The position numbers were made by a program, and so were the translations under genes. DNA of 64,000 nucleotides, taken from contig JBFXJJ010000006.1 of assembly GCA_050175015.1 (NCBI GenBank), positions 64,001-128,000 of the forward strand, written 5' to 3'. The notes beneath the pieces were generated by a model that worked only from the letters and a program-made list of their open reading frames with translations, searched no databases and was not told the origin of the DNA. Source of the DNA: Alphaproteobacteria bacterium (GTDB lineage Bacteria > Pseudomonadota > Alphaproteobacteria > JBFXJJ01). How positions within the stretch are numbered: position 1 is the first letter of the stretch; each line of letters starts with the position of its first letter. Shown here one piece after another: positions 16,680 to 28,762 of the stretch.

Positions 16680-18847
16680 TGGCATTTAAGCTAAAATCTT
16701 TTATATTTATGGTCTTATTTTTTTTGGTTTTTATTGCCAAAACTTCTAACAGCCAAAATTTTAAGGAATTTGGCGTTCCTGAATTATCAATCCCTACTTA
16801 TGATGATGAGCAAAACAAACAAACAACTGATGATGAAGAAAAAAATCAGGAGCAAGCAAATTCTGACACAGACGAAACATCTATAAAGGCCTCTGATAAC
16901 CAAGAAAAATCAGCTAACTCTTCTGAACAAAAAGACAATCAAGATGCAGAAAATTCTTCAGATGAAGAAACTGAACCTGAAGAACTTACAATATATCTTC
17001 CCCCAAACAACACCGAAACTAGCATTCCCAATTTTGAACACGTCCCATATTTTTTCAGTAATATTCAGCTTCTCCCTGATGGCTCGGCACAAGTAACTGA
17101 AACCATTAAATTTGTGGTCAAGGGCAATATTATAAAAAATGGCATTAGCAGGCTATTTCCTAAAATAACCTATAATAGAATGAATCAACCAATTAAAGGC
17201 GATATTGAAATCGTTGCTGTTTATCTCGATGGCGTTGAGGAACCTTTCAAAATAAAAAAAACCAAACAAGGACTGCTGCTTATTACTGGGAATTCTAAAA
17301 CTCCTTTAAAAAACGGAGTTCATACCTACGAGATATCTTATGCTGCTTATCGCCAAATCAGTATGTACAACAAATTTGATGAATTTTTTTGGAATGTAAC
17401 TGGGGCAAATTGGAATTTGGGAATATCTAGAGTGGGGGCAAGAATTCAGCTTCCTATGGGCGCCCGTATGCTAAACCGTAAAGCTTTCGTCGTTCTAAAA
17501 GACAAAGAAACTAACGATTATATTGCCTTTAATGACAGTGAAAACAATGTAATATTTGGTACAACCAAAGCTCTTGGAATAGGTGAAGGCTTTGTTGTCT
17601 TAGTATCTTGGCCAAAAGGATTTGTCTTCGAACCCGATATTAATCAAAAGATAACCTACTTCTTAAAAGACAATGGAGATGCGGTAATAAGTTTCTGCGG
17701 TTTTATTATAATATTTTTCTCTTATTTTATGTCTTGGCTTTTCTTTAAGCAAAAAAACAAACCTAAAAATTTAAAAGTTACCAAAAAGCTACCTCAAAAC
17801 ATCAATTCTGCTATCTTAAGATTTTTAGCCAACGGTTATTTTGATGCTAAGAGCTTTGTTACTTGCCTTCTTTTTATGGCACATAAAAATTGCTTAATAA
17901 TAGAAGAAAAAGAAGAAAAAACTTTCAGTCTCATTAAACGTGGAGAAAAAAACAGACTGCTGTCAAAAAGTGAGTTAACTTTACTAGAAATCTTATTTCC
18001 AAACAAAAAAACCATTTTAGAAATAAACAACAAAAATGCTCTTTTAGTTAGAAATGCAATGACTGAATTGTTTTCTTCTTTTCAAAATGAAAACAAAAAA
18101 CTAATCTTTGAGCAAAACAAATCCTACCTTTTCTTAAGCCTTTCAATGTTTATGATTGCTTTTTCAGCAATATCAATATTGTCAATTCAACCTCTTTATA
18201 CTTTTATTATATCACTATCTCTAAGCTTCCTAACATTAGTAACATCTTTTTTGCTTTTTTCTCTTTTCCCGATTTTCTTGCACAATAATGATGACTCCCT
18301 TAAAAATAGGAAATCTAGCATTGATGACATTCTAACTACAAACAAAGATCATCTTATTAAAAAAATTATTCTTTTTATCACGATGATAATTTTTGGACTT
18401 GGCAGTTATGTTGGAGCTTTGCTTTATATGGAGTCAACTTCTTTGCTCGCCACCTTATTCTTTGTCTTAACATCTTTTACGATAAGCTTTTTCTACGGCC
18501 TCTTTAAAAATAAAGACGTCCTAGGAACAACGTTAACCAATACCATTCTAGGATACGGCAAATATCTGAAAAATGATGGTAACGTTACCCCTCCTCTAAC
18601 CAAAGATATTGCATCTAAAAATATAAATTTATTCAATATCCATCTACCTTGTGCCGTAGCTCTTGATGATGAAGAGATATGGTGTAAAAAGTTTATGCCT
18701 AAAAATGACGTTGATTTTAAAGACTTGAGCTACAAACCTAGCTGGTATTCTGGTACGAAACAATTCAACTTAGAAGGTCTTGATAAAGATTTATCTAATT
18801 TGATTCTAGACTTAACCAAAAATATTTCCATAATTTCAGGCATTTAG
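16679..18847 (+). CDS. DUF2207-family membrane protein
   Basis: Signal peptide, acidic linker, DGSAQVTETI, DEFFWNVTGANW, several TMs, LPCAVAL. Confidence 0.75.
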   Translation: MAFKLKSFIFMVLFFLVFIAKTSNSQNFKEFGVPELSIPTYDDEQNKQTTDDEEKNQEQANSDTDETSIKASDNQEKSANSSEQKDNQDAENSSDEETEPEELTIYLPPNNTETSIPNFEHVPYFFSNIQLLPDGSAQVTETIKFVVKGNIIKNGISRLFPKITYNRMNQPIKGDIEIVAVYLDGVEEPFKIKKTKQGLLLITGNSKTPLKNGVHTYEISYAAYRQISMYNKFDEFFWNVTGANWNLGISRVGARIQLPMGARMLNRKAFVVLKDKETNDYIAFNDSENNVIFGTTKALGIGEGFVVLVSWPKGFVFEPDINQKITYFLKDNGDAVISFCGFIIIFFSYFMSWLFFKQKNKPKNLKVTKKLPQNINSAILRFLANGYFDAKSFVTCLLFMAHKNCLIIEEKEEKTFSLIKRGEKNRLLSKSELTLLEILFPNKKTILEINNKNALLVRNAMTELFSSFQNENKKLIFEQNKSYLFLSLSMFMIAFSAISILSIQPLYTFIISLSLSFLTLVTSFLLFSLFPIFLHNNDDSLKNRKSSIDDILTTNKDHLIKKIILFITMIIFGLGSYVGALLYMESTSLLATLFFVLTSFTISFFYGLFKNKDVLGTTLTNTILGYGKYLKNDGNVTPPLTKDIASKNINLFNIHLPCAVALDDEEIWCKKFMPKNDVDFKDLSYKPSWYSGTKQFNLEGLDKDLSNLILDLTKNISIISGI

Positions 18848-18907
18848 ATTTCACTTTAAAATCTAAAGCTTTGTTGCTTACTTGCCTATAATTTTTGATT
18901 AATAACG

Positions 18908-19696
18908 TTAGCTCTCGCAGCCTTGCAATTTTTGTTTAACATTAAAAACATATATCGTCAAAATAGCAATTTGAGCTAAAAGAACAGCATTAAACAATGT
19001 TGATACAAGAACTATACCGACCATACCTAAATTAAGCATAATAATCATAAGATAAAATTTAGGGATTAAAAGATAGACTATTGTCAGCCCCAAATTAAAA
19101 AATATGCCTAATGTTATGTTAAAGAAATTATGTGAAGTATATTTTATTGATTCTAAAAAACCTAAATACTTAGGGTTGCCGCTTTCAATAAAAAATGGAG
19201 CCAGCATCATTCTTATAACATAAATAGGACCAAAGAAAGGTATCATTGATAAAATAAAAACACTTAATTCTATCAATGTGTGGTGATTAGCTTCTCGGTT
19301 TAAAAGAACATAAAATGAAAAAATAGGCATCAAAAAAAGGATAACCAAAATTAGGACTGTTCCTATTTCTTTGAAAAAACGCTTGGCTCTAATATCAGGA
19401 ACCTTATTTTCAGTTAAAATTCTAATTAGCAGAACAACAAATGAAATCACAAAGAAAATCTGCACCGTAATAGCAGACAACCTCATCGTTAAATCGTCAG
19501 AACAATTAAAAAACCGATCTCTTACATTAGGAAAAGCACAAGGGTAAGGATAACGGAAAATAAAATCGACCGCAGTAACAGCAAATAACCAAAACCAAGC
19601 CTGAACACATATTTTTTTAAAATTATTTTTAAAATCAAGATGAGTTTTTTTGGTCGTTTCCCATAATGGGACTTTTTTAATGGCTTTTTCACTCAT
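18908..19696 (-). CDS. Hypothetical multi-pass membrane protein
   Basis: 262-aa ORF with about 6 hydrophobic segments; AAGGAG RBS. Confidence 0.7.
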   Translation of the reverse strand: MSEKAIKKVPLWETTKKTHLDFKNNFKKICVQAWFWLFAVTAVDFIFRYPYPCAFPNVRDRFFNCSDDLTMRLSAITVQIFFVISFVVLLIRILTENKVPDIRAKRFFKEIGTVLILVILFLMPIFSFYVLLNREANHHTLIELSVFILSMIPFFGPIYVIRMMLAPFFIESGNPKYLGFLESIKYTSHNFFNITLGIFFNLGLTIVYLLIPKFYLMIIMLNLGMVGIVLVSTLFNAVLLAQIAILTIYVFNVKQKLQGCES

Positions 19697-19770
19697 TAAA
19701 AATGCTCCTTTTTTTAAGGTATTTTTAAATCATCGGAATCTATAATAACAGAAAGTTTTAAAAAGGTATA

Positions 19771-22700
19771 CTAAAGCTCTTCAACTTCAACTATGCCCTG
19801 TGTATTTCTAATTGAGCTAACTGTGCTTGGTTCAATAGCAAACCCGCCAGAAAGCTTAATTTCAACCTCACAATCCTTAAGCTTAACTTTAAGATAAATA
19901 TTATTTCTTCCTTTTTTATCTTGGGCAATAATATCCTTTAACTTGTCGATTACAATATCATCATCAAATGACACGACTAAGCCTTCTGCTAGATTGGCCG
20001 TAGCTTTTGATAACGATTGAACACTAAGAGCTGTCAGACGAATAGATTCATCTTCTTTTTTTTCAGCCGAAACCGTAATAAGAACAGGCTCGCCTTCATT
20101 AAGAAGCTCTCTTGATGCCGCTAGTGTTTCAGCAAAAAAGGTTACTTCAAAAACGCCTGTAGAATCTGAAAGTTCCACAAAAGCATAACGATTGCCGCTT
20201 TTGCTTATTTTTTGTTTAACCGCATTTACGCTGCCAGCTATCTTTATTTTAGATGAACTCGCCGATGCTACTTTGTTTTTTAAATCTACCGATTTTACAA
20301 CTCTTAACTTTTTTAACGACTTTTCAAAATCGTCTAATGGGTGAGCCGATAAATAAAAACCGATTGCCTCAGCTTCATTACGAAGCCTCTCAAGGGTTGT
20401 CCAGTGCGGCATTTTATCAAAAGTAATCTCTGGAGCTATATCTGATGTTTGAAACAACACATTTTGTGTGCTTGCCTTTTCCTCAAAAGCGGCTTGGGCG
20501 TGCTGCATTATTTTTCCAGCATTACCAAAAACAAGATTGCGATTTTTTTCCAAATCATCAAAAGCACCTGCTTTTGCTAAATTCTCAAGTTGTCTCTTAT
20601 TTAAGTGTTCCGGTTTTACTCTTCTAGCAAAATCGGTAAGAGATTTAAATGTTTTCTTGCCTCTTGTTTCCACAATTTCTTCCATAGCCGCACGGCTAAC
20701 ATTTTTTACTGCGGCAAGAGAATATCTTAAACTTCCATTTTCAACCGAAAACATAGCCTGAGACTTATTAATACTAGGCGGGAGTATCTCTACTCCCATT
20801 TTCTTAATTTCTTCTTTAAAGAACCTAAGTTTGTCCGTGTTGTTAAGTTCTAAATTCATAGTTGCTGCCATAAATTCGACAGGGTGATGAGCTTTCATAT
20901 AAGCTGTTTGATATGCGATAACGGCATAAGCCGCAGCGTGTGATTTATTAAAACCATAATCGGCGAATTTTGCCATAAGATCAAAAATATGGCTTGCCTG
21001 TCCCTCATCAACGCCACGTTCCTTAGCACCAGATAAGAAAATTTGCCGCTGGTTATCCATCTCTTCTTTTTTCTTTTTGCCCATAGCTCTTCGTAAGATA
21101 TCTGCTCCACCTAAAGTATAGCCTCCTAAAATCTGGGCAATTTGCATAACCTGTTCTTGATATATCATAATACCATAGGTTTCTTTTAGAACTGGTTCTA
21201 AAGAAGGGTGCAAATAATCTGGCTTTTCTAATCCGTGCTTACGAGCAATATAACTAGGGATATTGTCCATAGGACCTGGACGATACAAGGACACAATAGC
21301 GGTGATTTCTTCTATGCTGTCTGGCTGTAATTTTTTCAAAGTATCGCGCATACCAGAACTTTCAAGCTGGAAAACACCTGCCGTATCGGCTTTATGCAAA
21401 AGTTCATAGGTTTCCTTATCATCTATCGGAATAGATGATAAATCAATTTCCAGTCCCTTTGTCTGCTTCACAATATCAACCGCTTGAGCCAATACCGTTA
21501 AAGTTTTTAACCCCAAAAAGTCAAATTTGATAAGTCCTGCTTTTTCAATCCATTTCATATCAAATTGCGTAACAGGCATATCACTTTCTGAATCAGGTTC
21601 GATATAAAGAGGTATCAACTCATCAAGAGGTCTATCACCAATAACCACACCTGCTGCATGGGTCGAGGCATGGCGGTAAAGCCCCTCAAGCTTAATACCA
21701 ATATCAAGCATTTTGGCAACAGCGGCATCATCTTCACGCATTTTTTGAAGTTCTGGTTCTGCGGCAATGGCATCGGTTAACGTTATTTGCTTTCCAGGAG
21801 CATTTGGTATCATTTTACAAATACGATCAACTTGACCGTAAGGCATTTGCAGAACTCTTCCAACATCACGTAAAACCGCTCTTGCTTGAAGCTTTCCGAA
21901 AGTAATAATCTGTGCAACTCGCTCTTTTCCATATTTTTGCTGCACATATTCTATAACTTTGCCACGTTTATCCTGGCAAAAGTCAACGTCAAAGTCAGGC
22001 ATTGAAATACGTTCAGGATTAAGAAAACGCTCAAAAAGCAAACCAAATTTTGTGGGATCTAAATCCGTAATAAGAATAGACCAAGCAACTAAAGAACCAG
22101 CACCGGAACCACGCCCAGGCCCCACAGGAACGTTATGAGCCTTAGCCCAGCTTATAAAATCAGAAACAATTAGAAAATAACCAGCAAAGCCCATTTTCTC
22201 AATAACTTCTAATTCGTGTTCCATTCTTTTGTAGTAAGTTTGGGCTATTTTATCACGATCATCGCCCTTCATACTGTCGTTAAAGACATATTTTTTTAGA
22301 CGTTCCTCAAGACCTTGCTTAGCCTTTTCTCTAAGCATTTTTTTCTCGCCCTCTGCTCCTCCAGAAGTAAATGGCGGCAATATTGGCGGAATAGCTTCAA
22401 CCATTAACGCGCATCTCTTGGCTATGGAAACTGTATTTTCAATAGCCTCTGGAATGTCAGAAAACAGTTCTTTCATCTCCTCAGGGCTTTTGAGATAATG
22501 CTCAGGAGTTAATCTGCGCCTATCTGCTTGATCAACAAAACTTCTATCTTGAATACAAATCAGAGCATCGTGAGCTTCAAACATATTTTTATCTAAGAAA
22601 TATGCTTGATTGGTTGCGACCAAAGGTATGTCAAATTTATACGCCAAATCAATGAGCTTAGGTTCAACAAAATCTTCTTCTTTTAAACCGTGCCTCATTA

Positions 22701-23211
22701 GTTCTATATAAAAACGGTTTTCAAAAATTGAGGACAGTCTCTTAGCATTTTCTTCTGCTTCCGCATTGTTTTCTTCCAGCAAAAAGCGCCCTACTGCTCC
22801 TTCAATGCCGCCCGAAAGAGCTATTAATCCTTTATTATGATGTTCTAAAAGTTCTAAACTTACTTGAGGTTTCTGATGCTCTGGACTACTTAAGTGAGAT
22901 GCACTAACCAGTTTTAGCAGATTGCGATACCCTTGGTCATTTTGCGACAGTAATACTAAAGCGTCAGGTTCTAATATTTTGCCGTTTTTACTTTCTCTAG
23001 AGATATTAAGATGACAACCGATAATTGGCTGAATTCCACTGCCCGCACAATAAGAAGAAAATTCCATAGCTCCAAACAGATTGCTTTTATCGGTCATAGC
23101 GACTGCTGGAGTTTCAAAACTTTGGCATTTTTTTACTAATGCTCCAACTTTTATGGCACTTTCTAAAAGTGAAAATGCAGTATGAATATGGAGATGAATA
23201 AAATCAGGCAT
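19771..23211 (-). CDS. dnaE: DNA polymerase III alpha subunit
   Basis: PHP HLHIHT, GRGSGAGS, MPDFDVDF, KFDFLGL, FNKSH; no intein. Confidence 0.98.
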   Translation of the reverse strand: MPDFIHLHIHTAFSLLESAIKVGALVKKCQSFETPAVAMTDKSNLFGAMEFSSYCAGSGIQPIIGCHLNISRESKNGKILEPDALVLLSQNDQGYRNLLKLVSASHLSSPEHQKPQVSLELLEHHNKGLIALSGGIEGAVGRFLLEENNAEAEENAKRLSSIFENRFYIELMRHGLKEEDFVEPKLIDLAYKFDIPLVATNQAYFLDKNMFEAHDALICIQDRSFVDQADRRRLTPEHYLKSPEEMKELFSDIPEAIENTVSIAKRCALMVEAIPPILPPFTSGGAEGEKKMLREKAKQGLEERLKKYVFNDSMKGDDRDKIAQTYYKRMEHELEVIEKMGFAGYFLIVSDFISWAKAHNVPVGPGRGSGAGSLVAWSILITDLDPTKFGLLFERFLNPERISMPDFDVDFCQDKRGKVIEYVQQKYGKERVAQIITFGKLQARAVLRDVGRVLQMPYGQVDRICKMIPNAPGKQITLTDAIAAEPELQKMREDDAAVAKMLDIGIKLEGLYRHASTHAAGVVIGDRPLDELIPLYIEPDSESDMPVTQFDMKWIEKAGLIKFDFLGLKTLTVLAQAVDIVKQTKGLEIDLSSIPIDDKETYELLHKADTAGVFQLESSGMRDTLKKLQPDSIEEITAIVSLYRPGPMDNIPSYIARKHGLEKPDYLHPSLEPVLKETYGIMIYQEQVMQIAQILGGYTLGGADILRRAMGKKKKEEMDNQRQIFLSGAKERGVDEGQASHIFDLMAKFADYGFNKSHAAAYAVIAYQTAYMKAHHPVEFMAATMNLELNNTDKLRFFKEEIKKMGVEILPPSINKSQAMFSVENGSLRYSLAAVKNVSRAAMEEIVETRGKKTFKSLTDFARRVKPEHLNKRQLENLAKAGAFDDLEKNRNLVFGNAGKIMQHAQAAFEEKASTQNVLFQTSDIAPEITFDKMPHWTTLERLRNEAEAIGFYLSAHPLDDFEKSLKKLRVVKSVDLKNKVASASSSKIKIAGSVNAVKQKISKSGNRYAFVELSDSTGVFEVTFFAETLAASRELLNEGEPVLITVSAEKKEDESIRLTALSVQSLSKATANLAEGLVVSFDDDIVIDKLKDIIAQDKKGRNNIYLKVKLKDCEVEIKLSGGFAIEPSTVSSIRNTQGIVEVEEL

Positions 23212-23241
23212 AATTAAAGGAGGCCTCTTTATAATTTAACT

Positions 23242-23997
23242 TTAGGTTCTTCTTGAAACAAAATAATTATCGATTTCAATTAACTTACCGTCTCTTAACG
23301 CAACTTTGCGGTCCATACGTCCTGCTAAATCAGGATTATGTGTTGCAATGATAGCCGCTAGCCCTGTTGTTTTTACGATTGCTATCAGCTCTTCAAAAAC
23401 GACATTGGAAGTTGCAGGATCTAAGTTGCCTGTCGGCTCATCGGCTAAAAGAAGCTTAGGGCTATTAGCTAAAGCTCTAGCAATTGCAACCCTTTGCTGC
23501 TCACCTCCAGATAGTTCAGAAGGCCTATGCGATGCTCTTTCCGCGATTTTAAGCTTAGTTAAGAGTTCCAAAGCATAATCTTTTGCATCTTTATACTTTT
23601 TGCCATCAACCATTTGCGGAAGCATAACATTTTCTAATGCCGTAAATTCAGGAAGCAAATTGTGATTTTGATAAACAAAACCCAAATAATTACGCCTTAT
23701 AACTGTACGCTGCCTCTCACTTAAATCCGAGCAGAAATTGCCAGCAATAACAACATTTCCACCATCATTTTTTTCTAAAAGTCCGGCAATATGAAGCAGT
23801 GTTGATTTGCCTGCACCTGAAGGACCTATTAAAGCAACAACTTCACCTTCATTAACGGTTAAATCAATTCCTTGAAGAACTTTAAGTGTTTCTTGTCCTT
23901 GCTTAAAGCTTCTCGTAACCTTTGATAACATTATCGTTGGTTTTTTTTCATTTTTTTCTGGCATAATCTGAGGTTCTTTTTTTTCAAAATCATTCAT
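23242..23997 (-). CDS. lolD: Lipoprotein-releasing ABC transporter ATPase
   Basis: [25 protein letters not shown]; coupled to lolE. Confidence 0.92.
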   Translation of the reverse strand: MNDFEKKEPQIMPEKNEKKPTIMLSKVTRSFKQGQETLKVLQGIDLTVNEGEVVALIGPSGAGKSTLLHIAGLLEKNDGGNVVIAGNFCSDLSERQRTVIRRNYLGFVYQNHNLLPEFTALENVMLPQMVDGKKYKDAKDYALELLTKLKIAERASHRPSELSGGEQQRVAIARALANSPKLLLADEPTGNLDPATSNVVFEELIAIVKTTGLAAIIATHNPDLAGRMDRKVALRDGKLIEIDNYFVSRRT

Positions 23998-25237
23998 AAC
24001 GAAGAGCCTCCACTGGGTCTAGTTCAGATGCTCTCCAAGAAGGATATAACGTTGCTAGAAAAGACAGCACAAAAGACATAACAGCAACGGAGAAAACCTC
24101 AATAGGATCCACAACAGCAGGAAGCGTTGATAAAAAGTATATTTCGGCTGAAAACAGATCCGAACCAGTTATATGCTGTAAAAACTGTCTGATATTTTCA
24201 ATATTATCGCAGAAAAGCAAGCCTAACGCGATACCACTTAATGTTCCGACGATGCCAATAAACGATCCGCTTATAAAAAATATACGCATAATCATAGACT
24301 TGCTTGCCCCAATAGTTCTAAGAACGGCAATGTCTTTTCCCTTATCCTGTACCAGCATAATTAAACCCGAAATAATATTAAAGGCCGCAACCAAAATAAT
24401 AAGAGTTAAAATAAGAAACATAACATTACGTTCAACCTTAATAGCGTTGAAAAAAGCAGAATTAGCCTGCTGCCAATCATGTATCACTGCCTGCCTTCCT
24501 ACTATTGGAACCACAGAATCTCTAACACTATCAACCAAATTTGGGCTCGTTGTATAAATTTCTAAATTTGATACCCCTTTACCTGTTGCAAAATATAGAC
24601 TTGCCGTATCAAGAGGCATAAAAACAAAGTTAGAATCGTATTCAAACATTCCAACATTGAATGTAGCATCAACAACAAAACTCTTCATACGGGGAATAGT
24701 TCCAAAAGCTGTAATCGTCCCTTGAGGCGAAATCAAGGTAACTTCATCGCCAATGCGAACACCCATCTTTTCAGCCAGACGATAACCCATAATTATATGA
24801 TTGCCTCTAAAGCCATCTAACGTCCCGCTGTGAATATTATCAGCTATAATATCCCGAGCCTTTAGGTCTGCTTCTTTCATACCTCTAACGATTGCACCTT
24901 GAGCATTACCTGTAGAGGTAATCATAACCTGCCCTTCAATAACAGGATATACCGCTTCAACTTCAGGAATAATTCTGATTCTCTCGGCCATAAAGTCATA
25001 GTCTTCTAAAAATTCACTGCCGACAGCGTAAATTCCCAAATGACCATTTAAGCCTAAAATTCTTGAAAGCAGCTCCTGCCTGAAACCATTCATAACCGAC
25101 ATTACAATAATTAATGTCGCAACTCCTAAGCATATTCCCAAAAGAGAAAACCCTGTAATTACGGACACAAAGCCTTCTTTCCTTTTAGAACGCAGATAGC
25201 GCCAAGCAACCATTCTTTCAAAGGCAGAAAAAATCAT
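23990..25237 (-). CDS. lolE: Lipoprotein-releasing ABC transporter permease LolC/E
   Basis: [34 protein letters not shown]. Confidence 0.93.
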   Translation of the reverse strand: MIFSAFERMVAWRYLRSKRKEGFVSVITGFSLLGICLGVATLIIVMSVMNGFRQELLSRILGLNGHLGIYAVGSEFLEDYDFMAERIRIIPEVEAVYPVIEGQVMITSTGNAQGAIVRGMKEADLKARDIIADNIHSGTLDGFRGNHIIMGYRLAEKMGVRIGDEVTLISPQGTITAFGTIPRMKSFVVDATFNVGMFEYDSNFVFMPLDTASLYFATGKGVSNLEIYTTSPNLVDSVRDSVVPIVGRQAVIHDWQQANSAFFNAIKVERNVMFLILTLIILVAAFNIISGLIMLVQDKGKDIAVLRTIGASKSMIMRIFFISGSFIGIVGTLSGIALGLLFCDNIENIRQFLQHITGSDLFSAEIYFLSTLPAVVDPIEVFSVAVMSFVLSFLATLYPSWRASELDPVEALRYE

Positions 25238-25248
25238 ATTATAAATTC

Positions 25249-26562
25249 CTATTTAGTTAAGATATTGAAAGCTTCGTCTATCGTTACTTCCTGCTTTTCT
25301 CCAGTTCTGCGATTCTTAATTTCAACCTTGCCACGTTCTATTCCTTTAGGACCAACAACTAACTGATAAGGCAAGCCTATTAAATCCATATCATTAAATT
25401 TAACACCTGCTCTTTCATCTCGGTCATCATAAAGAACTTCAACTCCAGCATTTAGCATTTTTTCATAAAAATCTTCACATACTTTATCTGTTTTAGCATC
25501 ACCTGATTTTAAATTGATAATACCAACCTTAAAAGGAGCAACAGCTTCAGGCCATATAATGCCGGCATCATCGTGAGATGCTTCAATGATAGCACCAATA
25601 AGACGAGAAACACCGATACCATAACACCCCATTTCAGGTATTAAATATTTGCCATCAGAACCAAGAATTTCAACATTCAATGCTTTTGAATATTTCTTGC
25701 CAAGATAGAAGACCTGTCCAACCTCAATACCCCTCGCGGTGATAATATCATCTTTAATATCAGCAATATCTTCATCTTTATACATATCTTCTGTGGCAGC
25801 ATAAAGAGAGGTCCACTTATTGAAAACATCATCAAGGTTGCCTTGATAATCAATCTTTTCATCAGGGACTTCCATTTCTAAATAGTCTTTATGGCAATAA
25901 ACTTGGCTCTCTCCTGTTTCTGCCAGAACAATAAATTCATGAGAAAGATTTCCTCCAATAGGACCAGTATCGGCTCTCATAGGTATCGTTTTAAGCCCCA
26001 TACGGTCAAATGTTCTTAGATATGCGGCAAACATTCTCTTGTAGCTTTTGGTTGCATTTTCATAGTCAACATCGAAAGAATAAGCATCTTTCATTAAGAA
26101 TTCACGACCACGCATAACTCCAAAACGAGGTCTTACTTCATCTCTAAATTTCCACTGAATGTTATAAAGCGTAACAGGCAAACTTTTGTAACTTTTCACA
26201 TAAGTTCTAACAATATCTGTAACAACTTCTTCTGCGGTTGGCCCATAAAGTAAATCACGGCCTCTGCGATCTTTGATTCTAAGAAGTTCGGGACCATAAG
26301 CATCACTGCGTCCGCTTTCAATCCATAAATCTGCCGGCTGAAGTGTCGGCATTAAAATTTCCTGCGCTCCAGCTTTATCTTGTTCTTCTCTTACAATCTG
26401 CTGAATTTTGCGAAGAACTTTCTGTCCCATAGGAAGCCAGTTATAAACACCAGCACTAGATTGTTTAATCATACCAGCACGAAGCATAAGACGATGAGAA
26501 ACGATTTCTGCTTCTGATGGAGTTTCTTTCATTGTTGGTAAAAAATATTGAGATAAACGCAT
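25249..26562 (-). CDS. proS: Proline-tRNA ligase (short alphaproteobacterial type lacking the INS editing domain)
   Basis: [45 protein letters not shown]. Confidence 0.97.
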   Translation of the reverse strand: MRLSQYFLPTMKETPSEAEIVSHRLMLRAGMIKQSSAGVYNWLPMGQKVLRKIQQIVREEQDKAGAQEILMPTLQPADLWIESGRSDAYGPELLRIKDRRGRDLLYGPTAEEVVTDIVRTYVKSYKSLPVTLYNIQWKFRDEVRPRFGVMRGREFLMKDAYSFDVDYENATKSYKRMFAAYLRTFDRMGLKTIPMRADTGPIGGNLSHEFIVLAETGESQVYCHKDYLEMEVPDEKIDYQGNLDDVFNKWTSLYAATEDMYKDEDIADIKDDIITARGIEVGQVFYLGKKYSKALNVEILGSDGKYLIPEMGCYGIGVSRLIGAIIEASHDDAGIIWPEAVAPFKVGIINLKSGDAKTDKVCEDFYEKMLNAGVEVLYDDRDERAGVKFNDMDLIGLPYQLVVGPKGIERGKVEIKNRRTGEKQEVTIDEAFNILTK

Positions 26563-26579
26563 AACTAACACCATAAAAA

Positions 26580-27083
26580 TTATTTATTATTCTTTTTATT
26601 TAGGTCAGAGCAGGCTTTAATCACCATATCTCTAGCCTTTTCATCTAGAACTTCATTATTAAACATAAATTTGCCGTCCTTGAGCGATATTTGCCCAAGC
26701 TTAAAATCTTTTGCTTCAACCCCTTTTGCTTCTATATTCTGCCAAGCAATAGGATCAAATGAAAAGGATATTTCACTTTGCCCCGCAAAAATACTTTCTC
26801 TCTGCCCGCTGTCTGCGGAAACAACGTTCCTGCCATAGACATCAATATTAGGAACATAGTCAGCGCTGGCGGGTTTAACTTTAGAATCAACATCTTTTTC
26901 AAATTCTGACTTTAATTCTGCCATAAACTTTTTGCAATCATCTTCATTCACAACCAGAACAGTTTTTTCTAAAACCGCCTGCTTCCCATCTTCTATCATC
27001 TTTGATATAGAGCTGTCCTGAGCTAAAACTATTTGACTATTAGTAAGGATTATTACGGAAAGTAATAAACACCACAATTTCAT
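26580..27083 (-). CDS. Exported hypothetical protein
   Basis: Signal peptide; [16 protein letters not shown] resembles a motif recalled from Rhodospirillales proteins next to proS. Confidence 0.65.
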   Translation of the reverse strand: MKLWCLLLSVIILTNSQIVLAQDSSISKMIEDGKQAVLEKTVLVVNEDDCKKFMAELKSEFEKDVDSKVKPASADYVPNIDVYGRNVVSADSGQRESIFAGQSEISFSFDPIAWQNIEAKGVEAKDFKLGQISLKDGKFMFNNEVLDEKARDMVIKACSDLNKKNNK

Positions 27084-27087
27084 AACA

Positions 27088-28743
27088 TCAAATCCTTATA
27101 ACGTGAACATTAATTAACGGTTTTTTTCCGCAAATAGCCGTAAAAGAATGCCTTACTGCCAGCCTTAAAGTTTCTGATACTTTGCCATCATCGAGCTTGT
27201 CTTCTTTTAGCATTTTAGCTAAAGATTTTTGGGCATCTCCTATTATTTTCTGTAAAATATCGGGACTTTCAATATCCTCCAGTAAATCTGGAGCTGAAAT
27301 TTGGATATTGCCTTTAACGTTGCCTTTTTTATCAATGGCAACAGATACTACAGCCGAAGAATTCCACATAATTTTGCGCCGCATCTTGATAAGATTAGAA
27401 TCTAAAGAAACCAAACGATTGCCATCTAAAACTAAAATCCCGACATCAAACTCGTCAATCACGCTGGCATCATCGTCTTCAAATTTGATAACCTGACCAT
27501 TGTTAACCCTTAAAGCTTTATCAACACCAAGACTTAAGGCAAGTTTTTCATGTTCAATTAAATGTATGGGCTCACCATGTATTGGAATTGCGATTTTAGG
27601 TTTTAGAAAGCCATACATTTTCCTTATTTCTTCTTTGGGAGGATGTCCTGAAACGTGAACAAGCTCATCTTTGCCTGTGATAATTTCTATTTTCTTTTCT
27701 GCTAAAATATTTTGGAGTTTCAAAATAGATTTTTCATTGCCAGGAATAACCCTTGAAGAGAAAATTACGACATCACCTTCGTCGAGATAAATATGCTTAT
27801 GATTATCTGACGCTATCCTTAACAAAGCCGAACCCGTTTCACCCTGACTGCCTGTACAGATATATAAAATTTCATTCTCAGGCAAAAAACCTGCTTCGCT
27901 TTCCGTTAAAAAATTAACCCCGTCTAAATAACCAACAGCTTTAGCGGCATCTTCAACTTTCCATAAAGACCGCCCAACCAGACAAACTTGGCGTCCGTTG
28001 GCTTTAGCTGCCCAAGCTATGCTCTCTATTCGAGCAACGTTTGAAGAGAAACACGCAACAGCTATTCTCTTTTTAAATTTTGAAAAAAGTGTAACTAGGC
28101 TGTTTCTTACTTCTGATTCTGATTTTGATTTGCCCTCAACTAAAACATTGGTAGAATCGCAAACAAAAGCTAAAACGCCTTCTTTGCCTACAGATTTAAG
28201 CGTTTTATAATCACTCTCTTCCCCAATCAAAGGATCTGTATCAAATTTCCAATCACCGCTATGAACAATATTGCCGTAAGGCGTTTTGATAAACAACGCA
28301 TTTGCCTCTGGAATAGAATGCGTTACAGAAATAAACCTTATTTCAAAAGGTCCTAAATTGATGGTACTGTTTAACGGCAGAACATCAACATCTACTCTTC
28401 CTAAAAGCCCCGTTTCGTCAAGTCTTGGTTCCAGCATTTCGGCGGCAAACGGTGTTGCATAAACCGGAAATTTTATCTTTGACCATAAATGAGCAATAGC
28501 TCCAATATGATCTTCATGAGCATGGGTAACAACTACACCTAAAAAATCTTTTCTGCGTTCTTCAATAAAAGTAGGATCGACCATCATAATATCTATGCCA
28601 GGAAAATCATCTCCCGCAAAGCCTATCCCCATATCAACGGCTATCCATTTATTGTCACAGCCGTATAGATATAAGTTCATACCAATTTCGCCAACTCCAC
28701 CCAAGGGAATAAAATAAAGTCCTTTATCGTATTTTTTATCCAT
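27088..28743 (-). CDS. rnj: Ribonuclease J
   Basis: PLGGVGEIGMN, THAHEDH, HSIP, GSQGE, HVSGH. Confidence 0.96.
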   Translation of the reverse strand: MDKKYDKGLYFIPLGGVGEIGMNLYLYGCDNKWIAVDMGIGFAGDDFPGIDIMMVDPTFIEERRKDFLGVVVTHAHEDHIGAIAHLWSKIKFPVYATPFAAEMLEPRLDETGLLGRVDVDVLPLNSTINLGPFEIRFISVTHSIPEANALFIKTPYGNIVHSGDWKFDTDPLIGEESDYKTLKSVGKEGVLAFVCDSTNVLVEGKSKSESEVRNSLVTLFSKFKKRIAVACFSSNVARIESIAWAAKANGRQVCLVGRSLWKVEDAAKAVGYLDGVNFLTESEAGFLPENEILYICTGSQGETGSALLRIASDNHKHIYLDEGDVVIFSSRVIPGNEKSILKLQNILAEKKIEIITGKDELVHVSGHPPKEEIRKMYGFLKPKIAIPIHGEPIHLIEHEKLALSLGVDKALRVNNGQVIKFEDDDASVIDEFDVGILVLDGNRLVSLDSNLIKMRRKIMWNSSAVVSVAIDKKGNVKGNIQISAPDLLEDIESPDILQKIIGDAQKSLAKMLKEDKLDDGKVSETLRLAVRHSFTAICGKKPLINVHVIRI

Positions 28744-28762
28744 ATTATTTTTCTCTTCTTTT

